This document shows, piece after piece, positions 25,899 through 38,500 of a stretch of 64,000 bases of DNA. The stretch comes from Monocercomonoides exilis PA203 (taxonomy: Eukaryota > Protista > Preaxostyla). Within the stretch, counting starts at the first letter, position 1. The number at the start of each line of letters is the position of its first letter. The position numbers and the translations under genes are program-made. The stretch spans positions 248,001 through 312,000 of the forward strand of contig LSRY02000047.1 in assembly GCA_001643675.2 (NCBI GenBank). The letters are read 5' to 3'. The notes under the pieces are model-generated. The model saw only the letters and a list, made by a program, of their open reading frames with translations. It had not been told where the DNA came from and ran no database searches.

Positions 25899-26701
25899 TA
25901 ACAAATATACAGACAGAAAATATAAACAGAAAAAATTAATTTTAAAAAATAATCGGCATAACTACCGATCATGGCATCTGATCGATCATTCCCTAAATTT
26001 ATCCTTTGAATTATTAATTTTTGTTTTTTGTACAGATAATGAAATGAGAATGTTGAAATAGGAAAAATTGAATTGCATAAATTTCTGTGTTATGAATACT
26101 CCAGGATTTGAAGCACAACCGCAATCCTCATTCATTTATGTTAAGATTTATGTAATTGACTTTCGTCCGATGAAAAATGTGAAAATTAAAAGTTATTTTT
26201 AGACTTTAATGAAAACGCAATGACAGACTTTCTTCGCGCATTAATTAGGGCATAAATTTGTGTCTTCATTTCAAATTTTCATTTATTAGTTTCAGAAACA
26301 ATGCTGTTTTCTTCAAACCTTTTAAAGCTGCATTATCAACGATTTAATAAATTTTTTAGAACATGTGATGGGTGAGTTTCTTCAAAATCTATTACAGTTT
26401 CAAAAGTTATAAAGAGATATTTGAAAAATAAAACGACAAATTAGATTATTTTTGAAAAAGTTTTGGGGTTGATCAGTATGATACCATGATCGAAGGTCAT
26501 GCCAAATAATCAAACAAATGAAAACTGAAATGTTTAAACTCGAAACAAAAATAAATATTTCATGAATATAATCTCGAACATCGTCATTTTTAACAATTGA
26601 GACACATTTAACACTTGAATGAATATTTTCTGTTAATAATGAAAAACATAAAAGAATGATGAACACCCCGAAAAAAGCATTGATTTCAAATGTAATAATT
26701 T

Positions 26702-26941
26702 GGGTGATTCTTTTTGAAAAGTCACAAATGTTTAATTTTCAAATAAATCTAAAATTTCATATTTTGCTCAAATTTCTGTTTCAGCTCACAAATCTCCTCA
26801 AGAATGTTTGAAATAGCATTATCAAGAAATTGATTACATGTTTGTAAAGGATAGACTATGTTAACAAAATTTTGAGCAAAAAATGAAATTTTTAATTTAT
26901 TGGAAAATATAACTTTTGTGCCTTTTCAAAAAGAATCACCC
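26702..26941. mobile_element. MITE family B (240 bp)
   Basis: Ends gggtgattctttttgaaaag / cttttcaaaaagaatcaccc, with imperfect inverted arms of ~70 bp and ATTT on both flanks. A homolog lies at 50366-50605. Confidence 0.85.
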
Positions 26942-27372
26942 ATTTTCATGTCATTTTTTCGTGAATTCTTTCAATTAGTTACCCAGAAATCGTTCTTTAA
27001 CAAATTGGAGCTATGAATAATATCCGATAAGCAACGATTTGTATTCCGGTTAAATCCAACAGATCATTTGAAAGGAAAAAAGAAAAATATGTCAAATATC
27101 AACGAACCTTGTAGTTCAATTTATGCGATTTTTCAAAAAAAAAAATAATTAGATATTAATAAGGTCCACATATTCACGCACTATCTTTCTGATCGAAAAC
27201 TTATATGAATTCGAAAAAATTCAAGAGTTAATTCTCTTTTCTGAAAATGTCTGCGTTAATGGTCAATTGCGTTGAGCTTCAATCATTGTGTCTTTCTGCA
27301 ACAATTGAACAGTTCTTTCTTTTTTTCTTCCTTATCTTTCTTTGCAGCCTTCATTCTTTGTTTTTTCATGTA

Positions 27373-28434
27373 GGGTGGTTTTTTTATCCGGACTTTTTTT
27401 TTATCCGGACAAAAATTCAAAAATCAAATATCTCAACAAATATTCAATATTAATTTCCAGCAATTTGCACATTTGTATGTTAGCATATATGACATCGATT
27501 CATATACAAATTTTTAATAGCAGTGTTGTATTTTTTTTGAAATAAATAATTTTTATTTTTGACAATCCGACTTTTGATGTTATTTTCTATTTTAATGAAA
27601 TGGTTCAATTCATCTTTTAATCACACATCTTATTTTTTCAATGTAATAAGCAATTCTGGTTATTTTTTTTTCCCCAGCAATTTGCTCTTTCTAACAAAAT
27701 GAAAATCTATCATTTTTGAAAAATCATTGTCAATGGTACAACTTAAAAAATATTTTTCATTAAATGAAGGAGCATCTAACTGAAACCAACACATGCATTA
27801 ATTAATATTATAGTTATATAAAATTACCACAAAGTTATAATTATAAATGAATAATTTAAGATTCCACAAAATAAGTATTATTTGAATTTCGATGAAATTG
27901 AATTTCAAAAATCCACTATTTTTAAAACAAATTACATTTATGAAATCTCCATTGAATCATTCATAATTATAACTTTGTGGTAATTTTATATAACTATAAT
28001 ATTAATTAATGCATGTGTTGGTTTCAGTTAGATGCTCCTTCATTTAATGAAAAATATTTTTTAAGTTGTACCATTGACAATGATTTTTCAAAAATGATAG
28101 ATTTTCATTTTGTTAGAAAGAGCAAATTGCTGGGGAAAAAAAAATAACCAGAATTGCTTATTACATTGAAAAAATAAGATGTGTGATTAAAAGATGAATT
28201 GAACCATTTCATTAAAATAGAAAATAACATCAAAAGTCGGATTGTCAAAAATAAAAATTATTTATTTCAAAAAAAATACAACACTGCTATTAAAAATTTG
28301 TATATGAATCGATGTCATATATGCTAACATACAAATGTGCAAATTGCTGGAAATTAATATTGAATATTTGTTGAGATATTTGATTTTTGAATTTTTGTCC
28401 GGATAAAAAAAAAGTCCGGATAAAAAAACCACCC
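27373..28434. mobile_element. Foldback element family C (1062 bp, ~470-bp near-perfect inverted arms, ~110-bp spacer)
   Basis: TA|gggtggttttttatccggac...gtccggataaaaaaaccaccc|TA. Arms 27373-~27845 and ~27962-28434 matched in every stretch compared by eye. Subterminal tandem TTTTATCCGGAC motif. Confidence 0.92.
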
Positions 28435-28436
28435 TA

Positions 28437-29422
28437 GGGTTACACTTTTACTCCGACCTATATTTTTACACCCACCCTTTTTTTGAGGAGCTGGCTACGG
28501 CTTAATACAAGCTTGTAGCCAACAAAAAATAACTAGAAATGTTTATTTTAATAAATTTTACTTATGCAGAAAAAAATTTTTAACGAAAATTTTTTTAACT
28601 TTGAGATCTCGGTATTTTTTAATTGTATTTTTTGATCATTAAATTGATGGTCTTTCCATGAATATAACATTCTGGAAGTTTTAAGCTACATCATCATAAC
28701 ACATCATATCCTTTTTATTGTTTTTATAACTTTTCACATTTCACTTGTTTCTTTTTCATCTGTTTTCTCATTTCATCCACTTTTTGATAAAATGAAAATG
28801 TATATTGTATTAGAAAAAATTTTTAAATTTTATATGCTGTGTCTCATTTTAAAATCATTATATTGTTGCATACACACATAATTTTTTGCTGAAAAAATGT
28901 TACTGGTTGGAAAAATCAAAACTACCGAAATTGATGTTTTTCGTTTTTCTATTAAAAATCAAATTTGTAAAACTTTTTTGAATATCAACATAATTAACAT
29001 TCTTGCATATATTAAGTATAATCTTATAATTTTTTGCAAAAATTCATCATTCTTTAAAATTTTTCATTTTATCAAAAAGTGGATGAAATGAGAAAACAGA
29101 TGAAAAAGAAACAAGTGAAATGTGAAAAGTTATAAAAGCAATAAAAAGGATATGATGTGTTATGATGATGTAGCTTAAAACTTCCAGAATGTTATATTCA
29201 TGGAAAGACCATCAATTTAATGATCAAAAAATACAATTAAAAAATACCGAGATCTCAAAGTTAAAAAAATTTTCGTTAAAAATTTTTTTCTGCATAAGTA
29301 AAATTTATTAAAATAAACATTTCTAGTTATTTTTTGTTGGCTACAAGCTTGTATTAAGCCGTAGCCAGCTCCTCAAAAAAAGGGTGGGTGTAAAAATATA
29401 GGTAGGAGTAAAAGTGTAACCC
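28437..29422. mobile_element. Foldback element family D, copy 1 (986 bp, ~360-bp arms)
   Basis: gggttacacttttac...gtaaaagtgtaaccc. Arms 28437-~28799 and ~29060-29422 with about 2 mismatches seen. Separated from element C only by TA. Confidence 0.92.
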
Positions 29423-29833
29423 AATAAGTTATTCAATAAAATGAGAGAAATGGATAAAAATGAATTCAACTCTGTATTCCGTAACATTTGAAACTCGACT
29501 ATTTAGAAATGCGCTTTTTGTTTGTGTTTTTGTATCAGGAAATGAAATTGTTTGTATTTTCTTTTTTCTTTCTTTCCTTCTTTCTTTTAAAAAATGAATA
29601 GACTGTATTACTCATATTAAAAAACTACAAAAAATGAGCTAAACATCTGTTAAGCACATTTTAAAAAAAGAACTTTTTCAAACAGAGAACATCGCCCATT
29701 CACAATGATATGAAGTTGCGAAATTATTGGTAACAACTTTCATTCGGAAATTTACCAAAAGCTGATTTTATTTTGTAATAATGTTTGTTATTGCAAAAAT
29801 TAAACACAGATGAAAATTCATTATCTATTTTCT

Positions 29834-32800
29834 CTATTCAATAAAATAAGGAGATCGAGGTTTTGCAAGGGTTTCCTGCGAAACTGGAGAAACAAATGAT
29901 CGCTTTAAATCTCTATTATCTCTCAGAGTTGCATATTCATAAAGATTTGCCCAGTTCTTCCCAAGATCCTCAATTGTTGAGTTATGTTCATCTCTTTTAC
30001 CTCTTCTATCAGTCTGCTGCTTTGGCTTCAATGATGAATGTGAAAATCGTTTTGGAGTGTTGAAATCTGCTGATGAAAGAGATGTTGTTGATTCTGTTTC
30101 TGTTTCTGAAAGAGACGACGACAAGGAGCTTGATATTTCTGATTCCAATTCTTTTTTCTGCTCATTCATTTCATCTTTTCCATCAATTTCAGATCGTTTG
30201 TACTTGCTTTCTTCTTTCTTTTTCTTGTTTGATTTCAATGATCCTGCATTTCCCCTTCTCTTTTTCAACTTTTCTTCTTTTTCCTTCTCCTTTAGTCCTT
30301 TCTTCAGAAGCCTTTTTCTTTCTTTTTCTTCGTTTTTTGTCATCTTTCTCATTTTTTCTCTCGCTTTCAGCATTCCTATCATCACCTTATCTTCTATTCC
30401 TCCGTATGGCAACAATTCTCCATCTTCCGCAGCATTTAGAATATCATCGAACACCTCTTTCTGCTTTAAAATAGTTTCATCAGCAGATTTTTTTGCTTTC
30501 TCTTTTGCTTCCTCTCTTAAAACTTTCTCCACAATTTCATCTTCTTCTTCATACTCTCTTTGCTTGCTGAACATTTCTTCTCTAGTCTCTCTTTCCGCTC
30601 TAATTGACTTCAGTCTTTCAAATGCAAGTTCCATTTCTCGCTCGGCTTCTTTTTGCATGCCGCTTCTGTTCACTGCTAATTCACCTATTTTCTTATCAAA
30701 TTCCAAATCTCCTCGATCCACCTCATCTCCTTCAGGTCCAATATCTTCATCTTTAAGCTTGCCGTGCTTCCCTCTTTTGCTCCCATCTTTTCCTCTTTTA
30801 TGCCGTTCAAACATATCATCTAAAAGTGCTGTGGGTGTGATTAATGCTTGCCTCTTTCTTTTATCTTCTTCAATACCATTCATCAGCTCTTTTCTAAGCT
30901 TTGTCATTCGATCATTTTCATTTTCTGTTCCTGCAATTTGCTCCTCTTTCATCTGGTCCAATCTTCTCAAAAACTGCTCTTTTTGCCTTCTCCCTGCTCT
31001 CTTTGCTTCTTCTTCCACGATGTTGTTTTCTCTCGCTAGATGGTCAATGTCTGCTTCTTCGTTCGCTTCCCTTTCTCCTCTTTTCATCGTTCTCTGATTC
31101 CTTCCTTTCTCAATCATTCTCGCTCTTTCTCGCCATTTTGTTTCATCTTCAATGTCTTTTCTACTTCGAGCTGCCTCAATTTTCCTTCTTCTTTCCTCTT
31201 GTTCGCTCAGTTGTCTCCAAACAGCCACGTCAATTGCCGATTTTGCTGCCATCTCATCTTTCTCCATAACAGCTTCATGCTTCATTTCTTTCAACTTCTC
31301 TGCGCGTTCAAATGCCTCAGCTTCTTCATCGACTTCATTGTCTGCTTTCCTCCACATATCTTCTCTGTCTGCCTGCTGCCTCTTCTCCTCTCTCAGCCTG
31401 TCTTTTGACTCTTCAATAATCCCATCATACACTTTCTTTGTATCGTCTATCATCTTCGACACTTCTTCCATACCGTTCATCATTGCTCTCTTGTTTCTTC
31501 TCCGATCCGCTTCTCTTTCTTTCTTTCGCCTTTCTGCTTCTTCTCTTTCTGTTCGAACTTTTTCCATCCTTTCTTTCTTTAATTCATCTTCTTTCCGTTC
31601 TTGCTTGATTCTATCAGCATCTCTCTCCTCTTTTTCTTTCTTTCTTTTCCTTTCTTCAATTCTCTTCTTCAGCTCCTTTCGCATCTCTTCTTCTCTCTCG
31701 CTCATCTCCCAGTTCACATACGCAATCGGATATTTCAATCGTGAAGGCATAATTGCTGCATCCGAGGGAAGTGGCACAAAAGAAGGAATAGAAGAAAACA
31801 AAGCCTTTCTGAGTGGAAGAGGAATGGTGGAGTGAAGTTGAAGAGCTGTTGAAATGACCTGCCAACACGACGCGGCTTTGAGTGATGTGCTATGAAGTGT
31901 AGTTGAGCTTGACAAAGAAGAAGAAGAAGCACGTCCAACAGCCACAGTAGATGCTGAAGCTGAAGCAGAAATTGTCGAAGATGACGTTGATGAAGGAGAA
32001 GTTTGCGGATGAGAAAAGAAGTCTACAAACTGTCTCCTTGAAGTGCAGTTCATCAGAATGTCTCTGTTGCAGATGCACAACGCAACACTCAAAAGAATCA
32101 GAAAGTTTGGCTCTCCACATTTCCTATTGCTAACCATCCAAATTGCATAGTCCATCAACATCCACCAATCATCTTCTGCGAATACGTTGTGGAATAACTC
32201 GCTTACAGGAAGCCAGCACCAAATAGACGAGTCAATAAGTTTGTATGAGAAGTGTGCGGCAAGCGCAGGATCCAGCGACCGCAGCAGCAGTTCAGCTTCT
32301 GAGCGCAATGGAATAGGCACAGCAGGAAGAGAGACAAACCAGTCGAAGCAAACATTGACGAGAAGAGTTTGGAAGCATTCCAATATAAACATATCGTCGT
32401 TGGCTGGTAAAAATCGGAGAAGCGGAACGAGAAGAGAAACCAAAGGTCCCGTTCTTGCATGTAAAAGGAGAAGATCATTTGAATCAGAGCAATCCAAATA
32501 TTGTGAAATAATAGTTTTATTCTCATTGCAGCTTTCATAGTTTTCTCGATCCACTTTGCAAGTGCCCTCATCACCGAGTTGTTCGCTTCCATCAACATCA
32601 CCACTTTTCTCTTTAGCATTCAAGAAATTATCTCTTATTTCATAATTCGCACTGCCATCTCTCTCGTTGCGTTCTCTCGTTCCTGCACTTGTTCCTCTTT
32701 CCCTTTCATTTTCCCTTTCTTCTGCCTCTTTTTCCTTCAGGCTCATTGGGATAAACCAACCCAATCGCTTCATCACGCTCTGCTCGTCTGCCAAATACGA

Positions 32801-34780
32801 GTGCTCTATTCCGCCAACATCACCACAGACTGGACTCCATGCCGCCAGACACCCCATCAGCCGGTGCAAACGACTGAGAAGACGGATTTTCTGGGCAAAT
32901 GGAGTTGCCGCAGGAATTTGTGATGCAGAAGAGGATGGCGTTATTTGTATGGAATGAACTGACGCTTCAGCTGACTGCTCATTTTCCTCTGTGCTCTTTT
33001 GCGCATTCTGTTCATCTGCTGTAGCTTCTTCAATAATTTTGTACATAAATGGGACATGAAACACAGCTGGATGATCTCTGCTGTTTGCTGCTAGCCACTC
33101 GAAAGCTGCATAATTGTTGGGAAGATGCAAAAGTTCAGTCCATGTCTTTTTTCGAAGATGATTGGGAAACCTGTTGTATTTGCGAAGCAGTGGGTGAAGT
33201 GAAGACAAAAGAGAGGCATTTGAAGAAGATGGAGATGGAGATGAAGAAAGCGAAGTGGATGAAGACGGGGTAGAATTTAGTGAGTGAGTTGAATGGAGCT
33301 GAAGTGGATGAGGAACAGAAGATGAATCAGTCTGATCCAGTGATGAATGATTTTTGAAATGAGTATCTGAATCAGATGGAATGTTATCAGCTTCTGCAAT
33401 GTGACGTGAAGAATAATAAGAAGAGTAAGAAGAAGCTGAAGTGGACGGATCTAACAATGCCAGCGAGTGAACCACTTCAGGCGCTGGCGGTGGCGTAGTG
33501 ACATGATATGAATTTGTGGCTGTTGAAATGGCAGGCGCTTTGAGAATGTTTCGTCTTTGCATTCGTATTTCGCTTCGTTCTTCTCTTTTCAATTCACTTT
33601 TATTTTTCATTTTATTTTGCTCTAATGAAATGTTCTCTTTGTCTATTTTTCTGGGTTTTTCGTTTTCAATTTGTGGATTCTTTGAATTTATTTCACTTTC
33701 TTCTTCTTCCTTTTCTTCTTCTTCTTCTTCCTCTTCCTCTTCTTCCTCTTCCTTTCCATTTTCAAGTTTTTCTTCCACTTCTGCTTCTGCATCTATTTCT
33801 CTCTCTTTTCTTTCTTCAATTAAGTCATCTTTCATCGACTCCGATTCGGACTGATCCAAATGAATTTCTTCTTTGAGAAGTTTTGTTCTGTGCTCAATTC
33901 TTTCTGAAGGCAAATCGTTAGACTCCAAAATTTCAGATGTGCCTGTTACTTTTTGACTGCTAACAGCAGGAGGTGAAAATCTTTCCTGTTTTTCTTCTTC
34001 ATGGTGCATCTCACCCTCAATTTGCTCTCCAATTATACTATTTGAGGTCTTTTTTGTATTTGGAGTTGTGCTCTCGGACCAATTGCATTCGACTTTCGCG
34101 AAATTAAGAAGAAATGAAGGATTTGTTGTTAGAATGTCTTCAAGCGAAGAATGCAAAGTTTTCGTTTGCAATGCTGGATCAAACGTTGCCACAGTGAGAT
34201 CAATCTTTCCGTTAAATTCAGTGAAATCCAAGACATACTCGTTTTCTTGGATTAAACTTTGCCCAATAATTTGTTTTGTTGATAATGAAATTACGTAAAA
34301 GATACCATCTGATACAAGCACTGCTAAAAGTGGAGATAATGGATTGCTTTCAGATAAAAATTGACACTTAAAAATGCGAGGAAAATGTGGTTCTTCCGTG
34401 CTCTGGAGAGATATTTTTGAATAAAGATATTCTGATCTATCATTCATGCAGGGTATTGACAATGAAATATCACCATCAATTTTTTCGACTTCATTGCTTT
34501 CATCTATTTCATCTTCAAGATCCAATAATTTTCTTATTTTCAGAGGGATATGAACAACAAGAATTGACGGTGACCATTTTTCAGCCATGACAATCATCGC
34601 ATTATCGTCAGAAACCGTAAAATGAACATATGGTATTTGATTGCTTCCTAATTTATCGTTTATTGAATATATTAACGGAAATGGAGGAACAAGCGAATAA
34701 AAATAATTTTGATTGAGGCGATTCCAAAGAAGAAGCTTCCCATCAGCCTGCAAAGAAAACAAAACACCATCTTCTTCCAT
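29834..34780 (-). CDS. TBC1D31: TBC1D31 (WDR67)-like: WD40-like N-terminus, TBC/Rab-GAP-like domain, long coiled coil
   Basis: 1648-aa ORF. LLRKYNRFP..LR.KTW.ELL.LP.NYAAF, L.RL.RLM.CLA.WSP, E.FQTLLVN.C.DWF...P..PI, DP.L..HF and W.P...LF..VF..DDW..LMD...PNFL match the TBC1D31-type TBC domain as recalled. Charged coiled-coil C-terminus. An upstream exon is possible. Confidence 0.8.
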   Translation of the reverse strand: MEEDGVLFSLQADGKLLLWNRLNQNYFYSLVPPFPLIYSINDKLGSNQIPYVHFTVSDDNAMIVMAEKWSPSILVVHIPLKIRKLLDLEDEIDESNEVEKIDGDISLSIPCMNDRSEYLYSKISLQSTEEPHFPRIFKCQFLSESNPLSPLLAVLVSDGIFYVISLSTKQIIGQSLIQENEYVLDFTEFNGKIDLTVATFDPALQTKTLHSSLEDILTTNPSFLLNFAKVECNWSESTTPNTKKTSNSIIGEQIEGEMHHEEEKQERFSPPAVSSQKVTGTSEILESNDLPSERIEHRTKLLKEEIHLDQSESESMKDDLIEERKEREIDAEAEVEEKLENGKEEEEEEEEEEEEEKEEEESEINSKNPQIENEKPRKIDKENISLEQNKMKNKSELKREERSEIRMQRRNILKAPAISTATNSYHVTTPPPAPEVVHSLALLDPSTSASSYSSYYSSRHIAEADNIPSDSDTHFKNHSSLDQTDSSSVPHPLQLHSTHSLNSTPSSSTSLSSSPSPSSSNASLLSSLHPLLRKYNRFPNHLRKKTWTELLHLPNNYAAFEWLAANSRDHPAVFHVPFMYKIIEEATADEQNAQKSTEENEQSAEASVHSIQITPSSSASQIPAATPFAQKIRLLSRLHRLMGCLAAWSPVCGDVGGIEHSYLADEQSVMKRLGWFIPMSLKEKEAEERENERERGTSAGTRERNERDGSANYEIRDNFLNAKEKSGDVDGSEQLGDEGTCKVDRENYESCNENKTIISQYLDCSDSNDLLLLHARTGPLVSLLVPLLRFLPANDDMFILECFQTLLVNVCFDWFVSLPAVPIPLRSEAELLLRSLDPALAAHFSYKLIDSSIWCWLPVSELFHNVFAEDDWWMLMDYAIWMVSNRKCGEPNFLILLSVALCICNRDILMNCTSRRQFVDFFSHPQTSPSSTSSSTISASASASTVAVGRASSSSLSSSTTLHSTSLKAASCWQVISTALQLHSTIPLPLRKALFSSIPSFVPLPSDAAIMPSRLKYPIAYVNWEMSEREEEMRKELKKRIEERKRKKEKEERDADRIKQERKEDELKKERMEKVRTEREEAERRKKEREADRRRNKRAMMNGMEEVSKMIDDTKKVYDGIIEESKDRLREEKRQQADREDMWRKADNEVDEEAEAFERAEKLKEMKHEAVMEKDEMAAKSAIDVAVWRQLSEQEERRRKIEAARSRKDIEDETKWRERARMIEKGRNQRTMKRGEREANEEADIDHLARENNIVEEEAKRAGRRQKEQFLRRLDQMKEEQIAGTENENDRMTKLRKELMNGIEEDKRKRQALITPTALLDDMFERHKRGKDGSKRGKHGKLKDEDIGPEGDEVDRGDLEFDKKIGELAVNRSGMQKEAEREMELAFERLKSIRAERETREEMFSKQREYEEEDEIVEKVLREEAKEKAKKSADETILKQKEVFDDILNAAEDGELLPYGGIEDKVMIGMLKAREKMRKMTKNEEKERKRLLKKGLKEKEKEEKLKKRRGNAGSLKSNKKKKEESKYKRSEIDGKDEMNEQKKELESEISSSLSSSLSETETESTTSLSSADFNTPKRFSHSSLKPKQQTDRRGKRDEHNSTIEDLGKNWANLYEYATLRDNRDLKRSFVSPVSQETLAKPRSPYFIE

Positions 34781-34920
34781 GAATATTTGGTGTAGTATTT
34801 ATACAAAAAATGTCTTTTGCCTTTGTCAAGCTTATCGGATTTGCAAAGAAAAAATTTTTTTAAAAGATACCCATATCTTTTGTTTCATTTTTCAATTTTT
34901 GATGAACACATTTTTTAATC

Positions 34921-34921
<1 letters not shown>

Positions 34922-34989
<68 letters not shown>
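34922..34989. repeat. Poly(A) (~46 nt) followed by (GA)n
   Basis: Read directly from the sequence. Confidence 0.9.
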
Positions 34990-34990
<1 letters not shown>

Positions 34991-35113
34991 CGAGAAAAGT
35001 TTGGATTGGAATATTGTTTTCATTTTTTCATATAATGAATCGAAATAGGAGTTTCACAAAATTGTCAATGTTGCTTATGATGATTTTATAAAACGGTTAC
35101 GATGGCAAATTTT

Positions 35114-35298
35114 ATTTGAAATCAAACTTTTGTTCGAGTTTTGATTAAAATTACAATCTCAATTAAAATTTTGGAAAAATGTGCAACAATAAATTTAACA
35201 AAATGTTTAGATGTTGTTATAAATTAACAAATTTTGATTCAAATCCCATCGAGATTAAATTTTTGATCAAAACTCGAACGAAAAAATGATTTCAAAAA
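35114..35298. repeat. Degenerate inverted repeat (old foldback remnant) between divergent genes
   Basis: tttgaaatcaaacttttgttcgagttttgattaaaattacaatctc pairs imperfectly with gagattaaatttttgatcaaaactcgaacgaaaaaatgatttcaaa. Confidence 0.6.
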
Positions 35299-35564
35299 TA
35301 ATCAGATATATGGGACGTAGTGTTTTGTTTCGAAAATTTTGTTCAATTCTTTATTTCCTATTTTTTTCACATTTTTTGACTTTACTGAATTATTTTTAGC
35401 TTGAGAATGTTGCACTTTTTTATGATACGATTTCAGAAAATATTTGGAACAAATTGTTATTTATTTCATAAACGCAAGTATTTTTTCTCAATTTTGTGAA
35501 ATGGACCCATAACTTAATGTTTGAATTGAAAAACTGAGCTTTGTCACTTTAAAGAAAATTTTCT

Positions 35565-38500
35565 ATGCAATTTACATCGAGAATAAGTTATAAATTCTTT
35601 GCAGCATTTTCATTTTCTGTAGTACTTTTTGTGCAAACTGTTTGCTCTGAAGATTTGGATTTGGTGGAAGAAGTTGAAAGTATTCCGGACTGTGGTTCTC
35701 CTCCTTATCCACGCGAAGGCTCGTTCATCCAATACATCAATACCTCACAAAGAAGAGGTCTGCTCATAGGAGGTGGAAGGGATGTTGATGGAATTATCAT
35801 GAAGGATGCATATTTTTTTGATTTAAACAAAATGCTTTGGAGCATTGCTAATACATTTTCACTAGATATACTCCCTGATCGATACATGTGCATATCATTT
35901 TGCATTGAAGATGATGTATATATTTGGGGAGGACTTAGTAGTCGTGGGCTTTCAAACGAGTTGCTTTCATATGATTTTGAACGAATTTCATGGAAAGTTA
36001 TTCAGCAGTCAGATAGTATTCCATGCGAGAGATATGCTGCTTGCAAAGCAGAAACAAAGTCGCACGTTTATATTTTTGGAGGACAAGGATCTCATGGACT
36101 ATTAAATGACATATGGGAAATGGACAAACAGACATTTTTGTGGCGTTGCTTACGCAAAAATGATCCCACCAAAAATCCGCCTCCGATGCGAGATGGAGGG
36201 GCATGCGTATTCAAAGATTCTTTGTTTATTTTTGGGGGACTGACAAGTAATGTTAAAGAAAAACCATGTGCCTACAAAATAAACTTATCAAATCCTGATG
36301 ATTGCCAGTTAATTGAAATAATTACTAATTATCCTTTTAGTGGAGCTATATTTCGATCTGGTTTTACAAGTTATGTTTCGGAAACAGAATGCTTCGGAAT
36401 TATATGGGGAGGAAAGGAAGGGACAATGACAAGGCCGATAGATAAATTATATTTTTTGAATCTTACGGCTGCTGGACTCAACTCTGCTGTTAAAAATGCT
36501 TCTCTTGTTCCATTTTACTTTGACGGCTGGACAATCGGATACGTGGGGGCCTCGTGTACTGTGGATGAAGAAGGAACTATTTATGCATTTGGCGGAAAAG
36601 ACGAGTCATTCATATCAAATGAACTTTGTTCTCTGAATAAAGAAGATTGGGCAATATCTCAGGATAGTAGATGCGTGCACGGACTTTTGGATAACACATC
36701 TGCTTCTTCCGCTTTTCTTCGGAGCAGTCAAAGCAACCATGTTAATATTGTGTCACAAATTGCTAATCATGTACCACTTCCAGTACTGAAGCATCATCTT
36801 GCTGAATTGAATGGAGAAATAGCTGCCATTGGAGGGTACAACCCCGAGCTAAACAAAATGGTGCCAGTGAACAAAAAATTCAATCCTCAGGAGATGTTTT
36901 GGTTGGAGTTAGGAGTATCAAAATATCAAAGCGAAGGAAAACCGTCGATTGGCGAAGCAGGGGTTGCCTCGTTGAATGGAAAAATTTTTGTGTTTGGTGG
37001 AGCAACTTACGATAGCAACGGAGATTTTCTGACGATGAGCAATGCTCTTTGGGAGTATAGTCAAGCGACACTTTCGTGGAGGAAGATAAAAGTGAAAGGC
37101 GAGAAAAAGCCACCGAAGATGTGCCGTTCCGGCGCCACAATATATGAATCAATTCTGTACATTGTTGGAGGTTGTGATATTGACAAGAATCTGAACCGAG
37201 ACATCTGGACATTCAATTTTGCTACGTCAGAATGGTTCAAAATCTATAGTTATGTTTTTGCAATACAAAGACCAATTGTTTTTGTGAAAGACATTTTTCC
37301 TAGAGAATACTCAATTAATGATAACAAAAGCAATCATCAACATTTAAAAAACACTCAGAATGGGAAGAAAGTTTTGAATGAAAAAGTTAAAGAAGATGAT
37401 GAACAGCCAATTCCTCACCTATTTGTTTGCGGAGGTGATGATGGGGAAAGTCCCATGGAAGGATGCCGAGCACATCCACTAAAAGCCACAAGCGTTTATC
37501 ATGATTGGGCACGCTTATCAGGACCATATTATCCGATAGGCAGCTCTGGAGTTGTTGTTGGTGAAGGAGAAGCTGGATTTGTTGTTGGAGGAGAAGAATC
37601 TGGAATAGCAAAGAAATCGTACCTTTCTGTATTCACTTTCGATGAATACGGAGAAATCAAATTAGCAACACACAAGTATGACGAAGGCAGAGAAGAAACA
37701 GATTTTTCTTTAGTACGCGGAAGCTGCGCTTTCATGATTGATTCGCTGTACTGCCTCGGTGGCCACGCGGTGAGTGAAGGTATGACGCCATTGCCCATTG
37801 CCACAAATAAACTAACCAAAATCAAATTGAAGAATCACCTTTCCGGCTGCTCACCGGGATCGTTCTTCAATGAAAGCAAAAAGCAATGCGATTTTTGCGA
37901 AGACGGATCATATTCATCACATTTCAATCAAACGAAATGTGAAAAATGCCCTGTAGGAACTAGTTTATTAGAATCTGGAGCATCAATAAGTGCATGCGTT
38001 CCATGCAAAGATGGAATATATCAGCCTGAAACTGGAAGCAAAGAATGCATTAAATGCGATTTAAATAGTAGTTGTATTGTTGGATCAGCTTCAGAGAAGA
38101 ACACTTTGCAGAGAAAGCCATTTGAATGCACAGAACAGCCGAAATCATATAATCCGAATTCAAATAAAGAAACAATGTTCACAGTGTTGTTTTATGGAGT
38201 TTCACTGACACTTGGCTTGATTGTGGCTGTTGTTTGCTTTTGCCTGCCGACAAGAGACAAACTGTACAAACTGGATCAATACTCCAATACTTACAAGGAT
38301 GTACTCGATGAAAAGACACACAAAGCAATAAAGACTGTTAAGAAAACGAGTTATGGCGGATGTGTTTCAATTATTGGCATATGCTTTGTGGTTGGTGCAG
38401 CTTCAGCAGTGATTGTGTTATTCTTTTTGATTAACACGCTCGAGAATCGAATTTATGTTGACTCAAAAATCCTGAACATTACGCTGGATAAGTTTTCAAA

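Noticed and set aside
25156-26984. Possible large element bounded by gggtaatt (25156) and agttaccc (~26984)
   Set aside because: The terminal match is too short and the flanks do not form a duplication.
23636-29091. Short F/I/K/N-rich ORFs in the element cluster as candidate transposases
   Set aside because: Composition-driven ORFs under 100 aa with no DDE, HTH or zinc-finger motifs.
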